From IMG/VR virus record IMGVR_UViG_3300045988_131117: a DNA stretch of 64,000 bases. One strand, written 5' to 3'. Made by a program: the position numbers and the translations under genes. This document shows positions 1-9,892 of this stretch, one piece after another. The notes below the pieces were generated by a model. The model worked only from the letters and a program-made list of their open reading frames with translations. It did not search any database and was not told where the DNA came from. This DNA comes from a virus. Numbering within the stretch: the stretch's first letter is position 1; each line of letters begins with the position of its first letter.

Positions 1-10
1 GAATAAACTG

Positions 11-2647
11 GTGTCCAATATGGTTATCAAGGTCATGAGTGGGAACCGATTCGTTTCTGTTGTAAAAGCTGACACAGGGGGCATAGATGGTATAAGTAAA
101 ATAAGAAGAACGGCTTTTAACAAGTGGAAGAAGGACGCCGGCCGGTCGGCTACCATCGGCGTCGGCACGCATGTTGTTGCCCAGACCCTTCCCGGAAGAC
201 CGGTGTTTAACATGAAGGTGAACGGTCAAGGATATGGCCAGGTAGAAAATCTCCCCATTACCGAAAAAGGTGCTGAAAAAGTATCTGATGTTGGATATGT
301 ATTAAATGGCAAAGTCGTGCTTAAGAACGGATCTAAATACACAGGCTTCCCATTTGCTTATTCTATATTAAATGACAAGGGGAATAATTACAAAAATGTA
401 AGAGTTCCGGTAGTCGTCATCAAAGGTAAAAACGGTCTTAATTATCTTTTCCCAGTTAGCCTACGTTCTGTAGAATCAGAGGAAGGGCAGAAATGGATGT
501 CTTTTATAGATATGCTGCTTGAATCTGGTGATTCTGAATTGCTACAGATGGGTCAAGATGACATACAAGATCTTAATGCGTATCTAACCAAGTTAGGTCT
601 TGATCCGGCTTCGTATCAAGTATCGTATTTGAATCCTATTTCAGGGCTTAGAAAAGCTCGTGAGGCTATAGAAAAATTATCTACGGTTCCTGATGTTGTT
701 AAGTGGGTAGAAGATGAAAGCAGGAATGTGAAAGACATTGTGACGTCTGAAGTAGAATCTGGAATAGATTTCGAAGGTGAGATGTTTGTCGCTCCTAAGA
801 TCAGGATTCAGTTTGGCAAATCATCTTCCAGACCTAAATCGCTTATAGAGGATGATCTTCCTTTCTCTGATGAGGGTAAGACCGTTACTTCTAAGGTAGA
901 AGATGTGGAAGTTTATGAAGAGGAAATGCCAGAGGAAGGGGCTGCCCGGGAGACTCAGCCGGCGCCATTAGCTCAGCCGGCTCCTGCGGCACAAGCTACG
1001 CAGTCTTTACCTGGCAAGAAGCGTACCTCCAGGAAAAACTTCTCTCTTATGTTAAACGAAATAGAATCTCATATAGAAAAAGAAGGATTGCCGTCTTATG
1101 CTAATATTTTTGATTTTATAGCAAGGAAGATTGTAGGAGGTGATTTGAGGTTTCTTCGTGAGAGAGGTAATCCTAAAAGCCTTAAGGAAGAAATGGGATT
1201 AGAACCTAAAGGAACAGTAGGTGATAAAATATCCACTCCTTCCAGTAAAGGTGGTAAGACCTTAGAAGAATACGTTTCTTGGCTTCGTTCTCAAACAAAT
1301 CAGGTGGTGGTTGATTATGTTGGGCCAAGATCTGACGAACAAATTATATCAGAGTTGAAAAACTTTTTGAAATATATTAATTTTGTTCCAAGCAAGGCTT
1401 TGAATTATTCTCTTAGAGTCAATGGCATGGATACCCTAAAAGAATATGGCACAAAAGAGGAAGTAGAAAAAATGGAATCTGATATCAATAGTTTGGTTTC
1501 TAAAGTTTTGCCTACGGTGGACAACCAAACTATAGAAGATGTTTCTACTGCAATAAAATCAAACAACTTGCCTGCCATATGGGAGCCCGTGGAAAGCCTT
1601 GATATGACAAACGAGGAAAAAATAGAGTTTTTGAATAACGTAGCAGATTTCCTTAGCGGCATACCAGAGTATGATGCTGTCGTGGAGTCTATAGAGTCAG
1701 AATCAGATAATATTTTAAATGATGGAAAAGAAGGAAGTGCAGAAGGCGGTGCAGTACGCACTGAGGAAGATGGCGATAAAAAGGGAGATGGAGAAGGCAA
1801 AGGACAATCCAGAACAAATGTCGAAGTTAAAGGAAATATCGAATTACCTGGATATGAAGAAGGAAGAGTAGATAACTATAGGAAGAACGGAGATAAGTTC
1901 TCTGACATTGCTGAAGTCACTTTATGGCTACTTAGAAGGGCTGCCGGCATAACCTCTATCCCGGAAGGAGAAGAGGTTTATGTAGAGGGAGATGAGGTTA
2001 ATAGTATTATGACCGATATGGAATCAAGGTATGGTATAGACACCATCAATCACTCGCATACGACTAAGGCTATAAGGGATCTTAACGGCGTATCAGGTTA
2101 TAAAGTAGAATACGGCTTAACCTTTTTGACATACGATCCTTTTATTAGGATATCCAATCCAAGGGAAGAATATAAGGCTGCGAAAGACGAGCCTCGTATA
2201 TCCGAAGAACCTCTTACTCACATATCAAGGGTGACAACCCCTTATTTCCTGTACGGCGGTGATGAAGCATATACATCTGTTCCGGCTAAGGTAGAACCTA
2301 TACCGGAGAAGATAATGGGTCGTAATGGCATTAAATTTGGTATGAGTGTAGTCGAGTTAACCAAATTAGGGTACAAAAAAGCTGGTGGAAACTGGATATA
2401 TAAATTCTATATGAACTCAGGTGTGTATGATTTGTATAATATCAGTACCGGTGAAGCGTTTAGGGCAAAACCGGATCTTGGAGTTAAGATAAGTTCCAGT
2501 GCATTCATCCGCTCTTTATCTCAATCTGGTAGAAAAATACAAAATATGATGAGTAATATGAGCCAGGAAGAGATAGATAGGAATAAGAATCTCGTAGAAG
2601 GTTCTGATAATTCGGATTCGATAAATGAGTTAAATAAGGAGTGTTGA
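11..2647 (+). CDS. large hypothetical protein (878 aa), possibly virion-associated; contains PAPLAQPAPAAQATQ low-complexity linker
   Basis: Uninterrupted 2.6-kb ORF. The frame is open to the window start, so the 5' end may be partial. No recognisable catalytic motif. Confidence 0.6.
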   Translation: MSNMVIKVMSGNRFVSVVKADTGGIDGISKIRRTAFNKWKKDAGRSATIGVGTHVVAQTLPGRPVFNMKVNGQGYGQVENLPITEKGAEKVSDVGYVLNGKVVLKNGSKYTGFPFAYSILNDKGNNYKNVRVPVVVIKGKNGLNYLFPVSLRSVESEEGQKWMSFIDMLLESGDSELLQMGQDDIQDLNAYLTKLGLDPASYQVSYLNPISGLRKAREAIEKLSTVPDVVKWVEDESRNVKDIVTSEVESGIDFEGEMFVAPKIRIQFGKSSSRPKSLIEDDLPFSDEGKTVTSKVEDVEVYEEEMPEEGAARETQPAPLAQPAPAAQATQSLPGKKRTSRKNFSLMLNEIESHIEKEGLPSYANIFDFIARKIVGGDLRFLRERGNPKSLKEEMGLEPKGTVGDKISTPSSKGGKTLEEYVSWLRSQTNQVVVDYVGPRSDEQIISELKNFLKYINFVPSKALNYSLRVNGMDTLKEYGTKEEVEKMESDINSLVSKVLPTVDNQTIEDVSTAIKSNNLPAIWEPVESLDMTNEEKIEFLNNVADFLSGIPEYDAVVESIESESDNILNDGKEGSAEGGAVRTEEDGDKKGDGEGKGQSRTNVEVKGNIELPGYEEGRVDNYRKNGDKFSDIAEVTLWLLRRAAGITSIPEGEEVYVEGDEVNSIMTDMESRYGIDTINHSHTTKAIRDLNGVSGYKVEYGLTFLTYDPFIRISNPREEYKAAKDEPRISEEPLTHISRVTTPYFLYGGDEAYTSVPAKVEPIPEKIMGRNGIKFGMSVVELTKLGYKKAGGNWIYKFYMNSGVYDLYNISTGEAFRAKPDLGVKISSSAFIRSLSQSGRKIQNMMSNMSQEEIDRNKNLVEGSDNSDSINELNKEC

Positions 2648-2649
2648 GT

Positions 2650-3180
2650 ATGAGAAGGAGATTTTTTAATGCTGCGGATAATTTCGTGGGAGGATGTTAT
2701 AATAAGTTATCCAATGAAGATATAAAAAGGCTTGGAGGAAAAAGACCTTATGTATGTCAGTTTAATAAAATTCATATACATATAGGACCTGTATTAAAAG
2801 ATCATGATTCTGATGTTAGTTACATAATGTTTAATAGTAATTGGAATTATGGTGGTTATGAATCTATGGTTTATAATCATAGCAATAATGGTATTTTTAT
2901 ATTAGGTGAAAACAAAATTGGTAACATAGAAGATCATATACAAGATCTAACATATTGGTACGAATATGATCCAAGCATTAATGAAAATTATTGTTATTTT
3001 TATTATGAGGCTAATAACAGCGGAAATGCTATCAAGTTGAATGGTGAGTTTGGTGATACCAGTACTGTTTTCAACATTCCCAGCTTGGAAGTCACCACTC
3101 TTCGTGATGGCAGTTTGAGTTTTCCGGAGATTTATATAGAAGGAATTTGGGATCCGTCATTGTATAAGTCGGTTTTATAA
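2650..3180 (+). CDS. MRRRF-N-terminus family protein (176 aa), beta-rich, possible fiber/receptor-binding-like
   Basis: ATG at 2650 preceded by AAGGAG 8 nt upstream. N-terminus is MRRRFF, shared with three other ORFs. Asn/Gly/Tyr-rich C-terminus. Confidence 0.55.
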   Translation: MRRRFFNAADNFVGGCYNKLSNEDIKRLGGKRPYVCQFNKIHIHIGPVLKDHDSDVSYIMFNSNWNYGGYESMVYNHSNNGIFILGENKIGNIEDHIQDLTYWYEYDPSINENYCYFYYEANNSGNAIKLNGEFGDTSTVFNIPSLEVTTLRDGSLSFPEIYIEGIWDPSLYKSVL

Positions 3181-3206
3181 TTAACTTTGCAAAAAAGTTA
3201 ATTATA

Positions 3207-5465
3207 ATGGGTGTCAAATGTCAGATAGAAAAAAAGGAAAATGAAATAAAACGGGTTAAGGCTCCTAACGGGGAGCCTTCCGTTCTTTACGAAAGTGCTT
3301 TAAAAGTATTAGGAAACAGCGAGCGGGCCCTTCAGGTATGGGCTAAGGCTTACACTCCTGGTTTTTTGTCGTATTATGGTCATTGGAATAACCCGGCTCC
3401 AGGGGAGATGTTTAATACCGATCCCAATGGCGAACCTCTTTTAGAAGACGTGCTGTCGTATATGAAGCGTCAGACTTATTTTGCTGATCCTTTAACGGCT
3501 CAGGACATTAAGGATGTAAGGGATTTCCTTTTGTCTACTCATTATTTTTATAATGCGTCTTCATTGTCTAATGCTATTCTCTTCGATTTTTATGTAGATG
3601 GCAGTTTGATACTGAATGAGCAGAAATTAAGGAGATCCGGTTTGTATGATGAAACAGAGATAAGTCGTATTTTATCCGATCCTTCTGTTTTAAATGAGGT
3701 TTCGACTTCCATGAGAAAGTTAATAGATTATTCTATTAACGAACATGATAGGGAAAAGGATAATTATTTTATGTCTGTTGACTATCAGTATGGTCCTATT
3801 GTTTACAAGGAGGGAGTGTTTAACCAATTTGGTAAAAAAGTACCATATAATCCTTCTGAGCTTTATTGGGCTATGGGCAAAACAGTAGCCGGCATAAAAA
3901 ACTTTTCTGAATTTTCATCTGCTTTTGAATCGTTGAGAAACTCATACCCTGAACTGGTTGAGAAATTCGTTTCTGATAAAGAATTTGCCGAATCTATGTT
4001 TGATGAGTTCTCATCTACGAATAAGATTCCGGTAATAAACATAGAAGGGGATGATGTGGTAGAAGGCAAGAGAAGATCCTTGTCTAAGCTACAAGATCTG
4101 TCTTATTACAATCCTGGCAAAATAGAGTTCCTAAGAGCTCGTATATCAGCTTATTTACATAGGGCTAATGCCGACACCGAATCCGACTTAAGAAGCATGA
4201 TATGGGATATAGAAGAGGCTTGTACGTGGTTTGGCATAGATATAATAGGGACATCGGAAACTTATGATGGCACAGAAGAATCTTTGAATAAGATAGATAA
4301 TTTGATGCTGGATCTTGATATTTATGTGGCCAGGCATAATGATGTAAATTATGCTCCAACGCTGGCATCTTCTATAGATGATATTCTTGGTGATAGCACA
4401 GATTATTATTTTGGATTATTACCGGAGTATATGGATAATTTGAATATCGTTTATTCTGAATCCGATATAGACCCAGTAGAGGCATTTGAGAAACATTCAT
4501 TGCTTAAGGTAGGAGATAATCTATATCAAAGGATCAGCAAAGATGATCTTAACGAGATGTATCAAATATCAACAGTATTAGCCAAGCACAACCTAACTCA
4601 TTTTTCTACTAAAATATATCCTGAATCTTGTTTTAAGAACGGCGTTTTGGATAAAGAGAAAGTACGGAACGTAGATAATAATACGCTCATGGATTCCATT
4701 AAAAAATACGTCAGATCGTTCATGGATTCTCAAAACACAGAGGACATGATAATGACCAGGATGGCGTTTGGGCACCCGGCGGTACTTGACATTTCTTACG
4801 CGGATATGGATCGGGAGTATAGTCGATACATGAACAAAAAACAAGATAGTGAAAACCCATTATCCTTATTCGATTTATACCAATCTTACCTTGACAACAA
4901 ACTCCATAAAACAAAATTATATGATAATGCCTATAAGTATCTTGACTTCAAACCTGGTCCATCTTTGGGCCTTATTTCTGATGATCCTGATATTCTGAAA
5001 TCAATAGAATTATCTTTATCTGGAAAAGACAGGTTGATGTTGTTTGATTATAGCATGACCAGCACCGATCCTTCTTTATCAAAATTGTTTTATTTGGATA
5101 GGTATGACCCTTCGTATGCCGATAATGATTTTGAACATTATTTTTACACCAGGCACCCGTATCTGTTAAAAGAAAAATCGGGTCCTAATATCGTAGAGCA
5201 AGATGGTGTTATAACAGCCGAAGGTATTTATGATAATTTTATAAGAGTAGGTAATAAGATATGGTCTAAAGTAAGCGAAAGTAGTTCCGGCTCTATCTAC
5301 CAAAATCTGACAGGAACCGAATCGGAGGTGAAATACGATTCTACTCAGAAGGTTAAGACGGTAGAAACCGATTACGCTCCATACCAAAACAGATCTGGCC
5401 TGACGCAAGATATGATCGTAAGCAAGTCTGAATTGGATGATCTTAACAAATTAGAATGCAGGTAA
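3207..5465 (+). CDS. large hypothetical protein (752 aa)
   Basis: Long ORF with no recognisable motif; a hairpin terminator follows it. Confidence 0.55.
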   Translation: MGVKCQIEKKENEIKRVKAPNGEPSVLYESALKVLGNSERALQVWAKAYTPGFLSYYGHWNNPAPGEMFNTDPNGEPLLEDVLSYMKRQTYFADPLTAQDIKDVRDFLLSTHYFYNASSLSNAILFDFYVDGSLILNEQKLRRSGLYDETEISRILSDPSVLNEVSTSMRKLIDYSINEHDREKDNYFMSVDYQYGPIVYKEGVFNQFGKKVPYNPSELYWAMGKTVAGIKNFSEFSSAFESLRNSYPELVEKFVSDKEFAESMFDEFSSTNKIPVINIEGDDVVEGKRRSLSKLQDLSYYNPGKIEFLRARISAYLHRANADTESDLRSMIWDIEEACTWFGIDIIGTSETYDGTEESLNKIDNLMLDLDIYVARHNDVNYAPTLASSIDDILGDSTDYYFGLLPEYMDNLNIVYSESDIDPVEAFEKHSLLKVGDNLYQRISKDDLNEMYQISTVLAKHNLTHFSTKIYPESCFKNGVLDKEKVRNVDNNTLMDSIKKYVRSFMDSQNTEDMIMTRMAFGHPAVLDISYADMDREYSRYMNKKQDSENPLSLFDLYQSYLDNKLHKTKLYDNAYKYLDFKPGPSLGLISDDPDILKSIELSLSGKDRLMLFDYSMTSTDPSLSKLFYLDRYDPSYADNDFEHYFYTRHPYLLKEKSGPNIVEQDGVITAEGIYDNFIRVGNKIWSKVSESSSGSIYQNLTGTESEVKYDSTQKVKTVETDYAPYQNRSGLTQDMIVSKSELDDLNKLECR

Positions 5466-5507
5466 TTTTTGTATATATATATAGTTTTTTCATAGTTATA
5501 ATTTGGG

Positions 5508-5540
5508 AAGTGAGGCTTGTGAAAGTCTCACTTTTCTCAT
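5508..5540 (+). terminator. rho-independent terminator-like hairpin
   Basis: AAGTGAG / CTCACTT stem (7 bp) with a 12-nt loop followed by TTCTC, immediately after the 752-aa ORF. Confidence 0.45.
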
Positions 5541-5960
5541 ATATGTACGTATATCAATAACATACAAGAAAAGTTAGATTTTCATTGTTTATGAATTATT
5601 TTTATTAAGTTTGCAATATTAGTTTCAGGAAGGGATTATGGAAATAAGGAAAAAGTAAGAACCGAACGTAACTAATAACAGTAGGAAATGAGAATCAGTA
5701 CCATCAAACGTAACAACAGCATTCATCTTATGTATAAAAACATTATGAATGATTTAGGTCAATTAAGAACTGTAGTTTCAAAATCCTATATTTATAATCT
5801 GATACAAAATCAAACCGGATTAAGTATCAGAACTATATCCCATGTCTTGAATCACACAAAAGAACAGGATACAGATTCTTTGTGAAAAGCATACATTTTC
5901 ATACATTTGTGTGTTCTTTAGTTTTTAGATTTAAGTTTTTCATGGTATTAGTTTAGAGAT

Positions 5961-5995
5961 CAGGGCTCGCAGTGATGCGGGCCCTGGTTTGATTT
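5961..5995 (+). terminator. hairpin terminator-like element
   Basis: CAGGGC / GCCCTG stem with a 14-nt loop, followed by GTTTGATTT. Confidence 0.4.
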
Positions 5996-6209
5996 ACAGC
6001 GCTTTACCCAAAATGGGAAAAGCGTAAGTTATTGATTGTAAAGTTTTCCACTTAAATGGGGAAAATTGCTCATTGTGTATTATTTTTCTATCTTTTCTGA
6101 AAATACTTCTCTTCTATAGGAAATAAACACACCTATATTCCACCTTACAATCATGATCTTTGTTACGTGCTTCATGCACGTATGTTTAACAATTAAATAC
6201 TATAAAATT

Positions 6210-7217
6210 ATGGGTGGTGATAAAATCGTCCTTTTAGATGGAGCCGGGGCTAACGGTGGTGGTGCAGCCACTAACGGTCTTCTTTCAATGATTCCCGGCA
6301 TGTTTGCTAATTTGATAGGTGGTAATAAAATGGATCCGAATCTGGTGGCGGCTTTGATGAACGGTCGTAACAACCAGGACGGTTTCGGTGGGGCTAACGG
6401 TTGGTGGCTCTGGATAATTGTTTTGTTCTGGCTGTGGGGTGGACGCGGCTTCGGTAACGGTTTTGGAAATGGCGGTGATTGTTGTGCCAATGGTTTGCCG
6501 GCTCAGTTGAATAACGATTACGGTCGTGAACTTTTGATGCAGGCAATTCAAGGTAATCGTAGCGCCATAGATCAGATTGCTTCTGCTTTGAACTGTTCTA
6601 CTACTCAACTTCAGAACGCTATCTGCAACGTACAGGGTGCTATTGATAAAGTAGCTGGTCAGGTAGGTATGACTTCTCAGGCTGTTATCAACGCAGTTCA
6701 ACAACAAGGTTGTGAAATAGGAAATCAAATCAGCTCTTGCTGCTGCAATCTGAGTTCGTTGATCAATCAAAGCACTTGCCAGACTCAGGGAATGATTACT
6801 CAGCAAGGTTTTGATAACCAGCTTCGCACGTTGGAACAAACCAATATCTTGCAGAACGGTCTCAACCAAGGTCTGGCTAACAATCGTGAGCAAGCTACAA
6901 GCCAATTCAATATCTTGTCTGCGAAACTTGACGCCCAAACCGTTATGATCAACGACAAATTCTGTCAGTTGGAAATGAGGGAGATGCAGAACACTATTGC
7001 TCAACTTCGTGAAGAAAAAGCGGCTTTGACAGCTTCGGCATTATCTCAGCAACAAACCCAGAATATCGTTGGTCAATTACGCCCGACGGCCGTCCCGGCC
7101 TACCCCTCTTGTTCTCCTTACCAGGCTTATACTTGGGGACAGGTATTCGGAGGAGGTTGCTGTAATAACGGATGCGGATGTAACAACGGATGTTGCAATA
7201 ACAACGCTGCTGTCTGA
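6210..7217 (+). CDS. Gly/Cys/Asn/Gln-rich membrane coiled-coil protein (336 aa from ATG 6210)
   Basis: Gly-rich N-terminus, a single hydrophobic segment WWLWIIVLFWLWGG, a Gln/Asn-rich heptad-like middle with scattered Cys, and C-terminal GGGCCNNGCGCNNGCCNNNAAV. Local GC content is higher than in neighbouring genes. Confidence 0.55.
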   Translation: MGGDKIVLLDGAGANGGGAATNGLLSMIPGMFANLIGGNKMDPNLVAALMNGRNNQDGFGGANGWWLWIIVLFWLWGGRGFGNGFGNGGDCCANGLPAQLNNDYGRELLMQAIQGNRSAIDQIASALNCSTTQLQNAICNVQGAIDKVAGQVGMTSQAVINAVQQQGCEIGNQISSCCCNLSSLINQSTCQTQGMITQQGFDNQLRTLEQTNILQNGLNQGLANNREQATSQFNILSAKLDAQTVMINDKFCQLEMREMQNTIAQLREEKAALTASALSQQQTQNIVGQLRPTAVPAYPSCSPYQAYTWGQVFGGGCCNNGCGCNNGCCNNNAAV

Positions 7218-7240
7218 TTTTATTAAGAAAGGAGGCTAAT

Positions 7241-7654
7241 ATGGCTTGTGTTTCTAAAATAGGATCGTTGTATGAGATGGTTACGAAGAATGTTATTGTC
7301 AGTACGACAAATACAATCTTCGGTATTAACCCACGGGCTTGGATCGCCCTTCCGTGTGAGGGTCTTATCCTTCTTAAGATAAGGCAAGTAGTCCCCACAG
7401 CCGGAAGTGCTCTACCGGTACAGATTGCGGTCCCGGCAAACAGCACAGTTTCAACAGTAGGAGCCGACACCTGTTGCTCGGTTACGGGAGTGAATGTCGT
7501 GAACCCTATTAACGTAGCTGTAACGGGTGCTGCTATGGTAAATGGCACAGAACGCCTTCTGTACTTCAATAAAGTTCGTGGCGTGTTAAGATTAATGGAT
7601 TGCTGTGTTCCAGTAGCGGCAGCCCAGGCGTCTGAAGTTAAAGCAGGTAAATGA
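7241..7654 (+). CDS. hypothetical protein (137 aa), Val/Thr/Cys-rich
   Basis: Strong SD AAGGAGG 7 nt upstream of the ATG; the ORF follows the Cys-rich gene. Confidence 0.5.
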   Translation: MACVSKIGSLYEMVTKNVIVSTTNTIFGINPRAWIALPCEGLILLKIRQVVPTAGSALPVQIAVPANSTVSTVGADTCCSVTGVNVVNPINVAVTGAAMVNGTERLLYFNKVRGVLRLMDCCVPVAAAQASEVKAGK

Positions 7655-7704
7655 TTTCAGTAGGGTGATGAAGATCATCACCCTATTTTCACCTAACTAA
7701 TATT

Positions 7705-8199
7705 TTGATCATGTTTTCAGATTTGAAGAAAGGGTTTCAGGTACATACCCTTGATACTAATACAGTACCTAAATACGAATTGGGAAAGGTAGTAGCCGTA
7801 TCCGAACCCAGGTATCTTCCTCCTCAGCCAGGTCAGTATCAGGCGATGCAGACCCGCGTGGTGGATCTGACGGTAGAGCTCACTGGCGAAACCAAGACCT
7901 ATACGGTCCCGGAATCCCAGAATGTGGCTAAGGCTATGGGCATAACATTATCTACCAGCATAGATCCGATTATGAACGAACTGAATGCTATAAAAAACAC
8001 CAGTCAAGACATAATAAACAGCGTAGATGCCCATCGTGCCAAGATAGAGGCTTGTGAATCTATATTAGAAGACATCAATCCGGCATTCAAACAAACGAGA
8101 GAGCAGGATCGTAAAATAGCTGGTATAGAAAATAAGGTGAATGACCTTACTGATTCATTCGAAGATTTAAAGAAGTTAATTGTAGAACGTTTGAAATAA
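7705..8199 (+). CDS. hypothetical coiled-coil protein (164 aa)
   Basis: ORF in a co-directional gene series with no recognisable motif. Confidence 0.45.
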   Translation: MIMFSDLKKGFQVHTLDTNTVPKYELGKVVAVSEPRYLPPQPGQYQAMQTRVVDLTVELTGETKTYTVPESQNVAKAMGITLSTSIDPIMNELNAIKNTSQDIINSVDAHRAKIEACESILEDINPAFKQTREQDRKIAGIENKVNDLTDSFEDLKKLIVERLK

Positions 8200-8206
8200 G
8201 TATAAT

Positions 8207-8575
8207 ATGATAGTATATGATTTAAATTCAGGACACAGAGAATATCCTGGATATGACGAGATAGAAGACAGACGAGGTGGAGGCAGAGGCAGAAGCCGGC
8301 GTTCTGATGGGACGTACATGGGGTACGGTGGTGGTATTTACGACCATTACGGTATGCATGAGAAGATGAAAGAAATGGAAGAACGCGAAAACGAGCTGGA
8401 AGAAAGGGAAAGAAGGCTCGAAGAGCGCGAACGTCGTCATGAAATGGAGGACCGGGAATACCGGAGGATGGGTTACGAATCCTACCCGACCGATTACTAT
8501 GGAGACGACAGATACTACGGTGACGGACCTCAGATGCGTAGAGGTCGCGGACGTGGCAGAGGTCGTTCTTATTGA
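8207..8575 (+). CDS. Arg/Gly/Glu-rich low-complexity protein (122 aa)
   Basis: RGRGRGRG termini and an ERERRLEERERR acidic/basic repeat core. Confidence 0.4.
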   Translation: MIVYDLNSGHREYPGYDEIEDRRGGGRGRSRRSDGTYMGYGGGIYDHYGMHEKMKEMEERENELEERERRLEERERRHEMEDREYRRMGYESYPTDYYGDDRYYGDGPQMRRGRGRGRGRSY

Positions 8576-8668
8576 GGAGCAGACGCAGAGGATCCAGCTT
8601 ATCAGAAATATGTAGATACTTACGGCTACCATTTTTCTAATGCTCTCGCTGATGAGGCGGTAAAGAAG

Positions 8669-8962
8669 ATGGTCAACGTCGATGGATCCAAGAGGATCTG
8701 GAAGCAGCCGGAAATAAAAGATATTTTTGAAAAGTGCGGAGCGAAGAAGCCGGATAAAGCGACATGGGGCGATGTCCAATATGTCTTTGCAATGTACTAT
8801 TCGGATGGTTTTCCGAAGGTCTTCAAATGTGAGAACGAGTTGGTGAAAGCTACGTTAATGTATTTGGATGATCCGGATGCTCCCGAAGGAGTAGCCTTTA
8901 TAAGATGGCTTGCCGTGCAAGATTACCTCGGCGAAAAAATAAACTGGAAGGATCTGACCTGA
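8669..8962 (+). CDS. hypothetical protein (97 aa)
   Basis: ORF only. Confidence 0.4.
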   Translation: MVNVDGSKRIWKQPEIKDIFEKCGAKKPDKATWGDVQYVFAMYYSDGFPKVFKCENELVKATLMYLDDPDAPEGVAFIRWLAVQDYLGEKINWKDLT

Positions 8963-9130
8963 GATCCAGACCCAGGTCCTTCCGGTGGTGCGGGAGCCAT
9001 AGTGAAAAATATGATTCCCGCATTCCCGTTTTTCCCGTTTGGAAAAAAAGGAATAAAAAAAATGTTATACCGGTCGGCGGGCAATAGAATACCCGTGGCC
9101 GGTTTGTTTCACATAACTTTTTTTTTGACA

Positions 9131-9306
9131 TGAATATAGCACACGAATCTAAATCAAATAAAACACCCTTGTATTTAATAGGAGAGTTGATTGGCGTACC
9201 GAATACGGTTATGGACTCAGCATTGCATGAACTGAGAGATAGAATAGACAAAGACCCTAAATATAAAGATGTTAAAAATTGGCTCGAGTCTTTACCCAAG
9301 ATCTGA
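9131..9306 (+). CDS. small hypothetical protein (58 aa), not in the supplied ORF track
   Basis: ATG-initiated ORF MNIAHESKSNKTPLYLIGE..., followed by a CCCGAT/ATCGGG hairpin plus T-tract at 9327–9357. Confidence 0.35.
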
Positions 9307-9432
9307 ACCTGTTTTTTCAATACCAGGCCCGATGCGATTTTAACGTATCGGGTTTTTATTTTAATTTATATTGTTTTATTTTAAATCTAATTAATTCATG
9401 AATGTCGTACATTTGTTGAAAAAGTATTTTTT

Positions 9433-9660
9433 ATGGAAAATAAGGAAGATTACGTTGGTTACGAAGATCAAGAACTGTGTAACCGGTATTACAAAGAGGC
9501 TGAAGCCATGAGACAAAAGCAGGACTGGTCTCGGCTTAGGGCTGTCCCTGCTCCGGCCAAGGGAACGCCATCGCCCGGCTGGGGTCAGCTTGGACGTGGA
9601 AATGAAGTTCGTGTCAAGTACGTTAGCATCAATTCAGGATTGGGAGGGGATAGATTATGA
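9433..9660 (+). CDS. hypothetical protein (75 aa)
   Basis: ORF with a GC-rich patch. Confidence 0.4.
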   Translation: MENKEDYVGYEDQELCNRYYKEAEAMRQKQDWSRLRAVPAPAKGTPSPGWGQLGRGNEVRVKYVSINSGLGGDRL

Positions 9661-9872
9661 CTGTAGAAGAATTAGCCGGCAAAAGATACGGTGGCGAATT
9701 TGTTTTCATGTTTGGTCATCTTGAAGGTAGAACAAGATTCGTTTTTGAATGCTTTGATCCAAGACCTGATCACGAAGGTAAAAATACCTATATGGTTTCT
9801 TATTTTGAGAAGGGACTTCGTAGAAGAGATGTGGTAGATGTGCCATGTTATATGAATGTTTTAGCAAAATAA
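9657..9872 (+). CDS. hypothetical protein (71 aa)
   Basis: ORF whose start overlaps the upstream stop by 4 nt (ATGA); a GGAGGGG SD-like sequence lies upstream. Confidence 0.45.
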   Translation: MTVEELAGKRYGGEFVFMFGHLEGRTRFVFECFDPRPDHEGKNTYMVSYFEKGLRRRDVVDVPCYMNVLAK

Positions 9873-9892
9873 ATTAAAATATTGTAAATATC

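Noticed and set aside
1405-1800. Antisense and embedded ORFs in the six-frame track (for example 1405–1800, 6285–7004, 6994–7569, 14761–15093, 17261–17716, 31302–31736, 42280–42876, 55017–55277)
   Set aside because: They lie entirely inside longer, better-supported ORFs on the opposite strand or in another frame, with low-complexity translations. They are treated as spurious.
2650-2700. Twin-arginine (Tat) signal peptides on the MRRRF proteins
   Set aside because: The RRxF core is not followed by a hydrophobic h-region or an AxA cleavage site in any of the four proteins.
6153-6209. Upstream extension of the Cys/Gly-rich ORF starting at 6153
   Set aside because: The extension MIFVTCFMHVCLTIKYYKI is hydrophobic junk in an AT-rich leader. 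The ATG at 6210 (MGGDK) is the more plausible start.
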